A stretch of DNA of 64,000 bases from the NCBI GenBank assembly GCA_964455555.1, contig CAYVXV010000004.1, positions 7,771 to 71,770 of the forward strand, in the 5' to 3' direction. Below the pieces are notes generated by a model, which searched no databases, had not been told where the DNA came from, and saw nothing but the letters and a program-made list of their open reading frames with translations. Position 1 is the stretch's first letter. The number at the start of each line of letters is the position of its first letter. Made by a program: the position numbers and the translations under genes. This document shows positions 18,830-28,334 of this stretch, one piece after another. This stretch comes from an uncultured Pseudomonadales bacterium (GTDB lineage: Bacteria > Patescibacteriota > Microgenomatia > UBA1400 > PJMF01).

Positions 18830-19414
18830 ATGTCTACATCTATTAACTTTGTCAGCACTACCCGCAAGGAGCTGAGCAAGGTTCAACAGCAAGATCGGGT
18901 TTTCTTTCGCTATGCGCTTATGGCCGTAGCGGTGGTTTTTGCGTTTTTTCTTATAGCCCTGGCCGGCCGGCTCTTTTTTATGTTCCAGCTAAGAAGCGTA
19001 GAGACCAGGCAGGAGCAAACTAGGAATGCCATCATCAGCCACGAACAGCTGGAAGCCGACTATACGGTTTTTGTTCACAAACTCAAAGCGCTTGGCCAGC
19101 TTTTTGGCAAACGCAAAGAAAAGCAGGAGGCTTTGATTTTCTTTAGCGAAGTCTTTGGCCCCGATGTCGAAGTCAGCGGCATTGATTACACCAGCAGCAG
19201 GAGTGATCAGCTGATATTCTCCATTAGGGCGCCAAGTATTTTTGTTATTGAATCTGTTTTTGAAATTCTCAAGCGTGATGATGTGGTTTCCAGATACAAA
19301 GAGATTTCTAAAGACAACCTTAGGCGTGGCAATGACGGTTCTTACAACGCTCATTTAACGGTGACTTTCAAAGACGACTCTAATCCGTTTGCACAGGAAG
19401 TGACAGCGCAATGA
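18830..19414 (+). CDS. pilN: PilN-like protein
   Basis: SINF motif, single TM, coiled coil; follows pilM. Confidence 0.7.
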   Translation: MSTSINFVSTTRKELSKVQQQDRVFFRYALMAVAVVFAFFLIALAGRLFFMFQLRSVETRQEQTRNAIISHEQLEADYTVFVHKLKALGQLFGKRKEKQEALIFFSEVFGPDVEVSGIDYTSSRSDQLIFSIRAPSIFVIESVFEILKRDDVVSRYKEISKDNLRRGNDGSYNAHLTVTFKDDSNPFAQEVTAQ

Positions 19415-20202
19415 CACAAGCCAAAGACAAAAAACCATTCAATTTTTGGATATTTTGGAGGACCAGAAGCTTCTTGGTTTTTACCATTGGCATTGGCATA
19501 GGTGCTTTGTTATTGATCACTATGGGTGTATTGCCTCAGCTGCAGGCCATGGGTGATTTGCGCACAGATGTGAGCAGAAAGCGCCCGCAGTTGGAAAAAA
19601 TTGAACAGAAGCTGGCGCAGTTGGAAAATGTACGCTACACGCCGGAATTTTCTCAGGTTGATGTGATCAGCCGGGCGCTGCCGTCCAGAAAACCGCTCTT
19701 AGAACTGCTCACCAATTTAAATCTTGTTGCGGTTACAAAAGAAATTGAAATAGTCGAGTTTCAAATCAGTCCGGGAATTGTCGCTACTGATAGTGCTGAA
19801 CTGGCCGCTGGTGCCAGGAGGACGCCACTGCAGCAAGAAATTGCCGGTATTGACTCACTTGAACTAGCTGTTTCAGTTAAGGGACCCAGAGAAAATCTTC
19901 ATGAATTTCTTAACGAGATTGAGAAGATCTCCCCTTTTACTACCATTGTGAAGCTCTCAATTTCCTCAAGAAAAGAAGGTGAAACCGATGCCCGCGCAGA
20001 ACTGACGCTCAACACTTTTTTCTTTACCCAAGCCATTAAAACCACAGTCGATGCACCGCTGCCGGTGTTGGCAGATCAGGACCTTTTTGTTTTGAGCGAA
20101 CTGAGTTCATTTGAAATAAATGAATTGCCAGAACAGGGCGATATCACCGGCGGTGGCCTTGAAGACCTCTTTGGCGTCGACCCGATCGAGTTTTTAAACT
20201 AA
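19411..20202 (+). CDS. pilO: PilO-like protein
   Basis: Single TM, coiled coil, ALPS, VKG...LHEFLNEIEK; ATGA overlap with pilN. Confidence 0.72.
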   Translation: MTQAKDKKPFNFWIFWRTRSFLVFTIGIGIGALLLITMGVLPQLQAMGDLRTDVSRKRPQLEKIEQKLAQLENVRYTPEFSQVDVISRALPSRKPLLELLTNLNLVAVTKEIEIVEFQISPGIVATDSAELAAGARRTPLQQEIAGIDSLELAVSVKGPRENLHEFLNEIEKISPFTTIVKLSISSRKEGETDARAELTLNTFFFTQAIKTTVDAPLPVLADQDLFVLSELSSFEINELPEQGDITGGGLEDLFGVDPIEFLN

Positions 20203-20269
20203 AATTTCCGGCTGGATAATAATATAGGCACCACTTTTTTATAGTGGCTTGCGGAGTGGAGTTGCCGGC

Positions 20270-20500
20270 TTAGTCAGCAATAGTAATTTGAGCGTGAATA
20301 CCCTCTTTGAGCGCCCTGACCTTGCCGATACTCCTGATGGCGTGGATGACGGAGCCGCCTTTACCAATCACTCTGCCGATATCATCGGCGTGGACTTGAA
20401 TAACATAAGTTACCCCTCTGTCGCTGGTTTCTTCGGTAATTGAAACCTCTTCCGGATGTTCCACTAAGTGAATCAGGATATACTCTAAAAGGTTTTTCAT
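20270..20500 (-). CDS. khpA: KH-domain RNA-binding protein KhpA/YlqC
   Basis: LVEHPEEV, DDIGRVIGKGG, AIRS; downstream of rpsP. Confidence 0.92.
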   Translation of the reverse strand: MKNLLEYILIHLVEHPEEVSITEETSDRGVTYVIQVHADDIGRVIGKGGSVIHAIRSIGKVRALKEGIHAQITIAD

Positions 20501-20576
20501 GGGCTCCTTTTTCTTGAGGCTAAACTAAGCCTCATTATTCTATGCTTTTTATGCAAATGAAAGCAAGAAAGCAAAA

Positions 20577-21047
20577 TTATTTTGCTTCTTCTGGCTCGGT
20601 TTCGTTGGCTGGTTCAGTGGTTGGTTCGGCAGTTGGTTCGGCTTCTGAATCTGCCTGAGCAGTCTCGGCAGTTTCATCTGGGGTTGCCTCAGTTTCAGGT
20701 GCTTCCTCAGCCGGAGCCTCTTCAGCCGGAGCTGCTGCAGCTTCTTTTTCAGCTGCTGCTTTAGCTTTAGCTTTTTTAGAAAGTTTTTTCTTTTTTTCTG
20801 GGAAAGGGTTGCCGGATTCATAGCGGGCTGCCAGGGCTGCCACAGTGTCTGTGGGCTGGGCGCCTTTGCTAATCCATTCCTTGTAGAGCTCAAGATTTAT
20901 TTCGAGCAGTTTTGGCTCCTGAGCCGGTGCATAATGACCGATTAGGTCAGTGTACTGGCCGTCGCGTTTGCTGCGGGCTTCATTTACAACAATCCGGTAA
21001 TGTGGCTGGTTCTTCTTGCCAAACCGGGCTAATTTAATTTTAAGCAT
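20577..21047 (-). CDS. rpsP: 30S ribosomal protein S16 with acidic C-terminal extension
   Basis: MLKIKLARFGKKNQPHYRIVV..RSKRDG; WISKGAQPTDTV. Confidence 0.97.
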   Translation of the reverse strand: MLKIKLARFGKKNQPHYRIVVNEARSKRDGQYTDLIGHYAPAQEPKLLEINLELYKEWISKGAQPTDTVAALAARYESGNPFPEKKKKLSKKAKAKAAAEKEAAAAPAEEAPAEEAPETEATPDETAETAQADSEAEPTAEPTTEPANETEPEEAK

Positions 21048-21125
21048 GATGGCTTTGTCCTTTAATTATGGTAAAAGCTTGAGAGGAGCTTTTCCTATTA
21101 CTTTCTTTGTTCTGACAGAACAGCA

Positions 21126-21154
21126 ATTATACGCTACGGACTTGGTTTTCTCAA
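21126..21154 (-). promoter_or_regulatory. Sigma70-type promoter of rpsP
   Basis: Minus strand TTGAGA-17 nt-TATAAT. Confidence 0.65.
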
Positions 21155-21167
21155 GTTGTTTGCTGAA

Positions 21168-22832
21168 TTACAAATTTTGGAGATCTAGCCCGCGGCGTTG
21201 GGCTTCCAGCACATATCGGTTAGATTTCTCCTCCTCCCCTAATTCTAGGTAGTAGATTGCCAGGTTTCTGTAGGCGGCAGCTGAGTCGGGATTAACACTT
21301 AGAGCGTCTAGCCACATTCTAGCCGCTTCCTCTTTTTTGTCTCCATTTTTATAGAGTAGAGATCCGTAGTTGATTAGAGTATTTTCATAATATGGGTTAT
21401 GCTCCAGTTCTGTCAGGTAAGCCTCCTCTGCTTTTTTCAGTTCTCCCCTCTTTTCAAAAATCATCCCTAGATTGTTATAAACCATGCTCTCAGTAGGATT
21501 GAGTTTTAAGGCTTGTAAATACGAGGCTTCAGCCAAATCCAATTTACCGTCAAGGTAATAGATCGACCCTAGGTTTTTGTATGCTAAAGGATGGCTGGGA
21601 GAATTTTCTACTGCATTAAGCCAAAAACTCATCCGATTTTGAAAGACGCGGCTATGATTGAGGTTAACGGCTGCCAGCAATGGAAAAATTATCATCAAGG
21701 CCGGAAGAAGGTATCGCCTCCACCTTATCTGTTGGAGAAATTCAGCCATTATCAGCAGGACGCCGATCATCGGCACATAAAGGCGATGCTCCAGGAAATC
21801 TGCTTGGTACTCTATATTGGGCCTCACGAAGGCTGGCAGGAGAAAAGCCAGAAACCAAGCCGCACCAAACAGTGCCAGGTAGCGCCGTTTGCCAAGGGTG
21901 TAAACAAAAACAACCAGCAGCAAAGCTGCGGCCACGTATCCTGCTAAGAGCGGACTGTCTTGAATTGTCGGCAGGACTGATAAATTAGCCGGATAGAAGA
22001 ATTTGCCCAGATAAAGAAAAATTGCCGGAGAGTTGGAAATAATGGTTTTCATCACGGCATCCAGAGAATATCCTGTTGAATTTACCAGAGCTATGGACCT
22101 CAGCAAAAACCACATCATCAAAATCAAGATCCATGACAAACCGAGAAAATAAAATTTTAAACCCTCTTGTTTAACAGCTTTCAGAACCTGGGAGCGTTTT
22201 ATTGCCGCATAAATGCTTATCAGCGGCAATAGCACTAAAGCGCTTTCTTTAGTGAATAGCGCCAAGGCAAAGCAACCTGCGTGGGCCATTAGATTGCGGA
22301 TGGTAGGTTTGTTAAGAAAGCTCAGCCCAAAAATTATGGAGGCTAGGATAAAAACTGCCAAAAGCGAGTCGTTCCGCCCCGGTATCCAAGCTACTGCCTG
22401 TGATAAGACGGGATGGATGGCAAAAAGCAAGGACAAGGGAAAAGCTATCTGTTTGCGGTAACCAAACATTTTTAACATCAAGAACACTAGGGTTGTGGCA
22501 GCAGCATGCAAAAGTATATTGGAAAAGTGGTATGCCCAAGCCGCCCCTCCGCCAAAAAGAGTATCTATCATAAAAGAAACAATCAGCATTGGCCGGTAGT
22601 AAAAGGCGCTCAAAGGGTTAAAAAATACCTGGAGGGTAAAGGTTTTAAAAATATTGCCCATATCCCTTAGAAAATAGAGCCGCTCCAGAATTAGAACGTG
22701 GTCATCCAGATAGGTAAAACTAAAGAAAATTGTTTGGAAATAAAGGGCGAAAGCAATGCCTGCCAGCCAAAAATATGGCCGGTGACCCCTGAGAACTGTT
22801 TCATCTAAGAGGGTTTCAAGTTTTTTAAGCAT
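21168..22832 (-). CDS. TMTC-like GT-C glycosyltransferase with C-terminal TPRs
   Basis: YLDD, YYRP, YHFSNILLH, FAIHP..AVAWIPGR, TKE, HRLYVP, TPR repeats. Confidence 0.85.
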   Translation of the reverse strand: MLKKLETLLDETVLRGHRPYFWLAGIAFALYFQTIFFSFTYLDDHVLILERLYFLRDMGNIFKTFTLQVFFNPLSAFYYRPMLIVSFMIDTLFGGGAAWAYHFSNILLHAAATTLVFLMLKMFGYRKQIAFPLSLLFAIHPVLSQAVAWIPGRNDSLLAVFILASIIFGLSFLNKPTIRNLMAHAGCFALALFTKESALVLLPLISIYAAIKRSQVLKAVKQEGLKFYFLGLSWILILMMWFLLRSIALVNSTGYSLDAVMKTIISNSPAIFLYLGKFFYPANLSVLPTIQDSPLLAGYVAAALLLVVFVYTLGKRRYLALFGAAWFLAFLLPAFVRPNIEYQADFLEHRLYVPMIGVLLIMAEFLQQIRWRRYLLPALMIIFPLLAAVNLNHSRVFQNRMSFWLNAVENSPSHPLAYKNLGSIYYLDGKLDLAEASYLQALKLNPTESMVYNNLGMIFEKRGELKKAEEAYLTELEHNPYYENTLINYGSLLYKNGDKKEEAARMWLDALSVNPDSAAAYRNLAIYYLELGEEEKSNRYVLEAQRRGLDLQNL

Positions 22833-22843
22833 TTTGTTTTGAG

Positions 22844-23500
22844 TTATTCAAATCGCTCAATGGCTTTTTGGGCAGCATCCTGCTGAGCCAACTGTTTGCT
22901 CCTGCCTACTCCCGACCCCATAACTTTGCCGTTGACAAGCACTCTGACCGTAAATTCTTTGTCATGGTCAGGGCCAACCTCTGTCACTACCTCGTAGACT
23001 GGAGTTTCAAAACCTTGAGCTTGGACCACTTCCTGAAGATGGCTTTTAGCATCTTTGTAGAGCCGGTTTTCAAGGATTTCATCAAAGCGGATAAATAACA
23101 CTTCGCTAAGGAAATCGGTCACTGCTTTGTAGCCTTGGTCAAGATAGAGGGCGCCAATTAGTGCTTCTGTGGTGTCGGCCAGCAGACCAGCATTTTCGCG
23201 GCCGCCGGTTGCCTCTTCACCGTTGCTCATGTAAATCATTTCCCCTGCCCCAAGATCCTTGGCAACTTCTGCCAAAGTTGTAGTTTTGACAAGGGCGCTT
23301 CTGTAAGCAGTCAGCAGTCCTTCTTGGACATCGGGATAGCGAGTATAGAGATATTCTGTAGTGGCCAATTCCAAAACAGCATCACCCAAAAATTCAAGCC
23401 GTTCATTGGATTCAGTAAATTCTGAACCTTCATTGAGGGCGCTTCGGTGGGTAAGAGCTGTTTTTAGCAGCTCCGGGTTAGTAAATTCAGGTAATTGCAT
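22844..23500 (-). CDS. rnc: Ribonuclease III
   Basis: ALTHRS, NERLEFLGDAVL, dsRBD KSHLQE..GPDHDKEF. Confidence 0.97.
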   Translation of the reverse strand: MQLPEFTNPELLKTALTHRSALNEGSEFTESNERLEFLGDAVLELATTEYLYTRYPDVQEGLLTAYRSALVKTTTLAEVAKDLGAGEMIYMSNGEEATGGRENAGLLADTTEALIGALYLDQGYKAVTDFLSEVLFIRFDEILENRLYKDAKSHLQEVVQAQGFETPVYEVVTEVGPDHDKEFTVRVLVNGKVMGSGVGRSKQLAQQDAAQKAIERFE

Positions 23501-23515
23501 GAGGTTTGCGGCCTT

Positions 23516-23785
23516 TTATCCAAGAATAGCTTCTTCTGTAGCAATAAGAACAAGCTCTTTGACGGTTGAAACTTCTTCTTCAATAAGTGATCTGGCATCT
23601 AGGTCTATTTCGAATTGTTTGTTTATTTCTGCAACAAGCCTCCTGAAATCAATGGGAGTAATTCCCAACTCTTCTTCTAGCTGGGTTTGGGGCATGATGT
23701 CAGCAATGTCATTGCCGGTTAGGTCTGCAATTATTTGCTGAACCTGCGCCATTACCTCTTCTTGGGATATGTTGTAAGTTGCCAT
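23516..23785 (-). CDS. Acyl carrier protein-like protein lacking the conserved Ser
   Basis: Acidic ~90 aa; ELGITPIDF..EINKQFEIDL..TVKEL aligns with DLGADSLD..LEEEF..TV; upstream of rnc. Confidence 0.75.
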   Translation of the reverse strand: MATYNISQEEVMAQVQQIIADLTGNDIADIMPQTQLEEELGITPIDFRRLVAEINKQFEIDLDARSLIEEEVSTVKELVLIATEEAILG

Positions 23786-23809
23786 GTTCACTCTCTAACA
23801 CTAATATGC

Positions 23810-24187
23810 TTAATCGTTATTCTCAAGTAGTAATTTAGCCAGGACACCATTCACAAAGCGGGAAGAGTTGTCGCTGCCAAACTCTTTTGCCAGTTCAACT
23901 GCCTCATTAATTAAAACCTTTTTTGGGGTTTTCTTGTGCTTGGCTTCAAAAAGAATCGAGCGCAAGATGGCAAGGTCGATTTTGTTGATGTCTGATAGCG
24001 GCCGCTCCGGCGCAACTGCCTGAATTTCTTTATCAAGCTCTTCTAAACTTTCCAGGATTTTTAATACAGGCGAACCTTGTTTGTCTGTTAAAGCATTTTG
24101 CAAGTTTCCAGCAGTAAAGGTACTGGCGAATAGGTCTTGCATAACCTGTATACGCCTTTGATGCCGTGGATCAACCTGTTTGGACAT
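23810..24187 (-). CDS. nusB: Transcription antitermination factor NusB
   Basis: RHQRR, IDLAILR, INEAVELAKEFG..SSRFVNGVL. Confidence 0.95.
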   Translation of the reverse strand: MSKQVDPRHQRRIQVMQDLFASTFTAGNLQNALTDKQGSPVLKILESLEELDKEIQAVAPERPLSDINKIDLAILRSILFEAKHKKTPKKVLINEAVELAKEFGSDNSSRFVNGVLAKLLLENND

Positions 24188-24223
24188 AGTGTCACTTGCC
24201 AGACTCAAAAATAATCTTAAGCT

Positions 24224-24532
24224 TTATTTCTTGTCTGATTTTCTCTTGCGAGTTGTAATTGTTGATTTTGCCGGAGCTGGTGCGATTTTCTGGGTTGCCT
24301 GAACTTTTGGCTTAGCCGTTGTTTTTGACTTTGCCTCAGCTTTTTTACTAGCGGAGGTGACGGTTTCTTTCTCTGAAGTTACACCGAGCAGCTGCAAAAA
24401 TTCAGCGACCATGCCCCGCTTGTGCAACGGAATAGCGTTGGTGCTTGTGTCTTTAGTTAAGGTTGGCCTATTGCCCTGGCGGCGCTTGCCGCGCTCCACT
24501 CTGGTAATCTTGTTTTTTGGTAGTGCTCCCAT
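24224..24532 (-). CDS. rpmF: 50S ribosomal protein L32, Cys-free, with basic C-terminal tail
   Basis: MGALPKNKITRVERGKRR N-terminus; position upstream of nusB-rnc. Confidence 0.8.
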   Translation of the reverse strand: MGALPKNKITRVERGKRRQGNRPTLTKDTSTNAIPLHKRGMVAEFLQLLGVTSEKETVTSASKKAEAKSKTTAKPKVQATQKIAPAPAKSTITTRKRKSDKK

Positions 24533-24680
24533 AGCAGCCTTCTTTCTTAATTTTGGTTGTGCTCTTGATGTTTGTTAGTATATCACTTATGTTGAAGCGA
24601 TTAAGAGGGTGATTGTAGCGTATATCAGGCAGAAATACAAGAAAATGGCCGGCAGCTGCGGATTTTTGTGCTGTTTTGGG

Positions 24681-26762
24681 CTAATTGGCTAAAGGTATGT
24701 CAGTTTCTATTGCTTCTTGAGTTGCAAAGAGCGGCTTCCATTCGGGCGGCAGCTTCTCAAAGATGGTTTGTGCTGTGCCGATTAATTCTATGTTAGCCCA
24801 AGAAGCAAACTCAAGGCTGGAAAAGCCGCTTTGAACAGTGCCAAAGATTTCTCCCGACCCGCGGTGCTGTAGATCTAGCTCGGCTAATTTGCGGCCATCG
24901 TGAATATCACTAAAGGCTTTGAGCCTTTTTTTGGCAAGTCCCGATGAAGTGCTGGTAAATAATAGACAGTAGCTCTCTTGTCCGGCCCGCCCCACCCTAC
25001 CCCGAAGCTGGTGCAGGCTGGCAAGGCCGAAGCGCTCCGATGACTCAATGACAATTATGTTGGCTTGCGGCAAATCCACACCCACCTCGACAATCGGTGT
25101 TGTAACCAAGATGTCTACTTGTCCGCTGTAGAGTTTTTTAATCACTGCCGCTTGGTCCTTTTTATTCATCCGGCCATGCAGCAGTTCAATCTCAGGCCTA
25201 TTCTTTTTAGAGCTTTTCGCAAAAAGATCAATTAATTCTGTGTGGCGCTCGCTGGCAGCAGCGACTTTTTCAAAAGCTTCATGGTCAGATGGATCGATAA
25301 ATGGGCAAACTACAAAAGCTTGCCCTCCGCTGCTGCCAAGTTCTCCGGCAATCCAGCTGTAGGCATCAGCGCGCTTGGATTCAGGGACCAGCCAAGTTTT
25401 GATTGGTTTGCGTCCTTCAGGCAGTTCATCTATATAGCTAACCTGAAGGTGGGAAAAAATTGTCAGCATCAGGCTACGCGGAATAGGTGTGGCCGACATG
25501 GTAAGAATGTGCGGCATTTTTTCCAAGTTGGTGGTCTCAGAACGTTGTTTTACCCCAAAGCGGTGTTGCTCATCATAGATTACTAAGCCCGGACTCAGTT
25601 CGGTGAGCCGGTTGATCACGGCGTGGGTGCCGATGACCAATTTTGCTTGGGCAGCCGAAGCCATTACAGTAGGTGTTTTTTCTACTGCTGCTTTTTTGCC
25701 CGCTGATTTTTTGGTTTGAGCTGTAATCAGCTCTACCGGCAATTTTGGGAACAGCGAGGCAAATGTTTGATAATGCTGCTCTGCCAAAATCTTTGTTGGA
25801 GCTATTAAGGCTGCGTTGAACCCGTTTTTGACAATCTGTTCTGCAGCGATTCCCGCCACCACGGTTTTTCCGGAGCCAACATCGCCAATGAGCAATCTAT
25901 TCATGGGCGTGGTGCTTTTAAGGTCGGCTAGGATTTCAGCTGTGGAGCGTTTTTGGGCTCCGGTTAGTTCAAAAGGCAGTGACTTGGGCAGAGGCAGCAT
26001 TTTTTCCAAGTCCATGCTTTTGCCATCCGCTGTTTGAAGTTCGATGGCTGGTGCAGAATGCATTCTTTTCCATTCTTCTTTGATTTGAGCAGACGCTTGC
26101 ATAATCTGCAAAAACTCTTCCAACGCCAAGCGCTCGCGCGCCGCAGCTACGTCCTCTATCTCGTCGGGAAAATGCAGGGTGCGGATTGCTGTTTTAAAAT
26201 CCGGGAGCTTAGAGAGATCCTCAGCTTCAATAATGCCTATGATGGGATCCGGAATAGAGAAAAGCTGGTCCAGAATATGTTTAAGCACCCTGCGCAGCGT
26301 TCCCTGCATTAGAGGCACCTTGCTTGAATATAGGGGTACCAGCCGGCCGGTGTGGAGTGTGTCTGCCTTGGCAGCCTCAAATTTCGGTTGGGTAATGTTT
26401 TTATACTTACTGCTGTATTTGCCGCTGAACAGGTACTCTTCTCCCCTCTTAAGATTACTTAAAACAAACTTATTGTTAAACCACATGAGCTTTAGTTTGC
26501 CGGTGTCATCGGTGACTAAAGCGGTTTGAATACTTCTGCCGTTGCGGTAGAACTGGTTGATATCAATCACTTTGGCTTGAAGCGTAATCAGTTCACCTTC
26601 AGGCAGATCGGCAATGGTTGAAAAATGGGAGCGGTCTTCGTATCTAAGTGGTAGCTGGAGGATTAAATCCCGGACTGTACTGATGCCCTGCTCTTGCAGT
26701 TTTTTATAAAGTGCCGGGCCGATGCCTCGCACTGCTGTCAGCTTAGTCTCCAGTGAGTACAT
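24681..26762 (-). CDS. recG: ATP-dependent DNA helicase RecG
   Basis: PLRYEDR, PMNRLLIGDVGSGKT, DEQHRFGV, SATPIPR, EVGVD, LHQLRGRVGR. Confidence 0.97.
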   Translation of the reverse strand: MYSLETKLTAVRGIGPALYKKLQEQGISTVRDLILQLPLRYEDRSHFSTIADLPEGELITLQAKVIDINQFYRNGRSIQTALVTDDTGKLKLMWFNNKFVLSNLKRGEEYLFSGKYSSKYKNITQPKFEAAKADTLHTGRLVPLYSSKVPLMQGTLRRVLKHILDQLFSIPDPIIGIIEAEDLSKLPDFKTAIRTLHFPDEIEDVAAARERLALEEFLQIMQASAQIKEEWKRMHSAPAIELQTADGKSMDLEKMLPLPKSLPFELTGAQKRSTAEILADLKSTTPMNRLLIGDVGSGKTVVAGIAAEQIVKNGFNAALIAPTKILAEQHYQTFASLFPKLPVELITAQTKKSAGKKAAVEKTPTVMASAAQAKLVIGTHAVINRLTELSPGLVIYDEQHRFGVKQRSETTNLEKMPHILTMSATPIPRSLMLTIFSHLQVSYIDELPEGRKPIKTWLVPESKRADAYSWIAGELGSSGGQAFVVCPFIDPSDHEAFEKVAAASERHTELIDLFAKSSKKNRPEIELLHGRMNKKDQAAVIKKLYSGQVDILVTTPIVEVGVDLPQANIIVIESSERFGLASLHQLRGRVGRAGQESYCLLFTSTSSGLAKKRLKAFSDIHDGRKLAELDLQHRGSGEIFGTVQSGFSSLEFASWANIELIGTAQTIFEKLPPEWKPLFATQEAIETDIPLAN

Positions 26763-26899
26763 GTGACCTAGTATAGTAACGTTTTTGGAAACTTTATAGT
26801 ATTAGAATGCCCAATCATAGAATATCAAATGATATCGAAAGCGATTAAATGACATCAAAAAAGGATTGGTACAGAGCGAAAATTATAAAACATTGAAAT

Positions 26900-26926
26900 T
26901 TAGCAGTCAATAGGGGAAACTGCTAA
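26900..26926. promoter_or_regulatory. CIRCE-like inverted repeat (orphan)
   Basis: TTAGCAGTC-N9-AACTGCTAA. Confidence 0.55.
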
Positions 26927-26971
26927 TGTCTTATAACGATTATTTTATCATTTAGGTGTAACAAATATGTA

Positions 26972-27073
26972 TCAGAGCAGGAATAAGACGCTCGCAAAAC
27001 TGCTGGCCACCATGCCAAAGATAAAAAGAATGGCAAATATTTTAATAATTATTTGAGTGTTTCTCTTTGTCAT
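26972..27073 (-). CDS. 33-aa single-pass membrane peptide (not in ORF track)
   Basis: MTKRNTQIIIKIFAILFIFGMVASSFASVLFLL*; ATG directly follows the tyrS TAA. Confidence 0.65.
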   Translation of the reverse strand: MTKRNTQIIIKIFAILFIFGMVASSFASVLFLL

Positions 27074-28276
27074 TTAACTCCCGCTCTTTTTTAATTTAAA
27101 GTACTGGCGCTTGCCCACCCGCACAACCTCAACTTTTTCCAAACTGATTATAGCGTAAGGGTCTGTCGGACGATCCTTTGTTGGAATGAGTTCGACCGCG
27201 CTCTGCTCTACTAACCGCTTGAGCTGGCCATTGCTTGCAGCGGGCAGCAGCAGTTTAAGCAGATCCAGAACCGGAGTATCTCCCGCAGGCACTGAAACAG
27301 TGGGCATTTCTGCAGGCAGCTCATCACCTTGAACAGTTTTTTCAAAATGTTCCTGGGCTAGCCTGGCTGCTTCAGTGGAATGGTACATTTCAGTGATAGT
27401 AAAAGCCAAGCGCTTTTTAAAGTTCATGGGATTTTCACCTGCAGCCATGGCATTTTCAATCTGGGTCACATCTTCGAGGGGTGTGTCTGTAAGCAAAGTA
27501 AAATATTCGGTAATTTGTTCATCCACGATACTCATCAGTTTGCCAAACATCTCTTGTGGCTCATCGATGAGGGCAATGTAATTGTTGAGTGACTTGCTCA
27601 TCTTGCGGCCGTCGGTGCCGTTGATGAGCGGTGTGGTTAGCACCCATTTTTCCCGGTTGTTGTAGCTTTTTTGAAGCTGTCGGCCCATCATCATATTGAA
27701 TGTTTGGTCGGTGCCGCCAATTTCTAAATCTATATCCATCACCACTGAGTCATATCCCTGAAGCAGTGGGTACATTAATTCATGGGCATGAATCGGGCGT
27801 CCGGCAGCCATTCTCTCTTGGAACATGTCGCGCTCTATCAGTTGCTGAACAGTGGCCCGGGACATCAATTGAATCAGGTCGGCAAAACTAAGTGCGTCCA
27901 GCCAGTCGCCATTATGGCGGATTTCGATTTTGTCGAAATCAAGAATTTTGCTGGCTTGCCTTTTCCAATCTTGAAAATTAGCTTCTATTTCCTGATCGGT
28001 CAGTACCGGCCTAGTTTTGTCCTTGCCGGTTGGGTCTCCAATTCTAACCGTGCCGTTGCCGATTAACAGAATCACCTCATGGCCTAGTTCGGTAAATTGC
28101 TGCAGTTTTCGCAGCACTACGCTGTGGCCAAGAGTGAGTAGGGGCCCTGTTGGATCGATGCCCAGATAGACGCGGATTTTTTTCTCTTGCAGCAAATTAG
28201 CCAGTGAAGCAGCGTCCGGAAGCACCTCTGCGACTCCGCGGGTTAAAATATCTGGCAGGTTTGTTTGTTCACTCAT
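27074..28276 (-). CDS. tyrS: Tyrosine--tRNA ligase
   Basis: YLGIDPTG..LTLGH, GDPTGK, YPLLQGYDS, GGTDQ, KMSKS. Confidence 0.97.
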   Translation of the reverse strand: MSEQTNLPDILTRGVAEVLPDAASLANLLQEKKIRVYLGIDPTGPLLTLGHSVVLRKLQQFTELGHEVILLIGNGTVRIGDPTGKDKTRPVLTDQEIEANFQDWKRQASKILDFDKIEIRHNGDWLDALSFADLIQLMSRATVQQLIERDMFQERMAAGRPIHAHELMYPLLQGYDSVVMDIDLEIGGTDQTFNMMMGRQLQKSYNNREKWVLTTPLINGTDGRKMSKSLNNYIALIDEPQEMFGKLMSIVDEQITEYFTLLTDTPLEDVTQIENAMAAGENPMNFKKRLAFTITEMYHSTEAARLAQEHFEKTVQGDELPAEMPTVSVPAGDTPVLDLLKLLLPAASNGQLKRLVEQSAVELIPTKDRPTDPYAIISLEKVEVVRVGKRQYFKLKKSGS

Positions 28277-28334
28277 AATTATCCTTTGTGCCCTAATTAG
28301 CTTTTGTTGGCATCAGTTGTAATATGCCAGCAAA

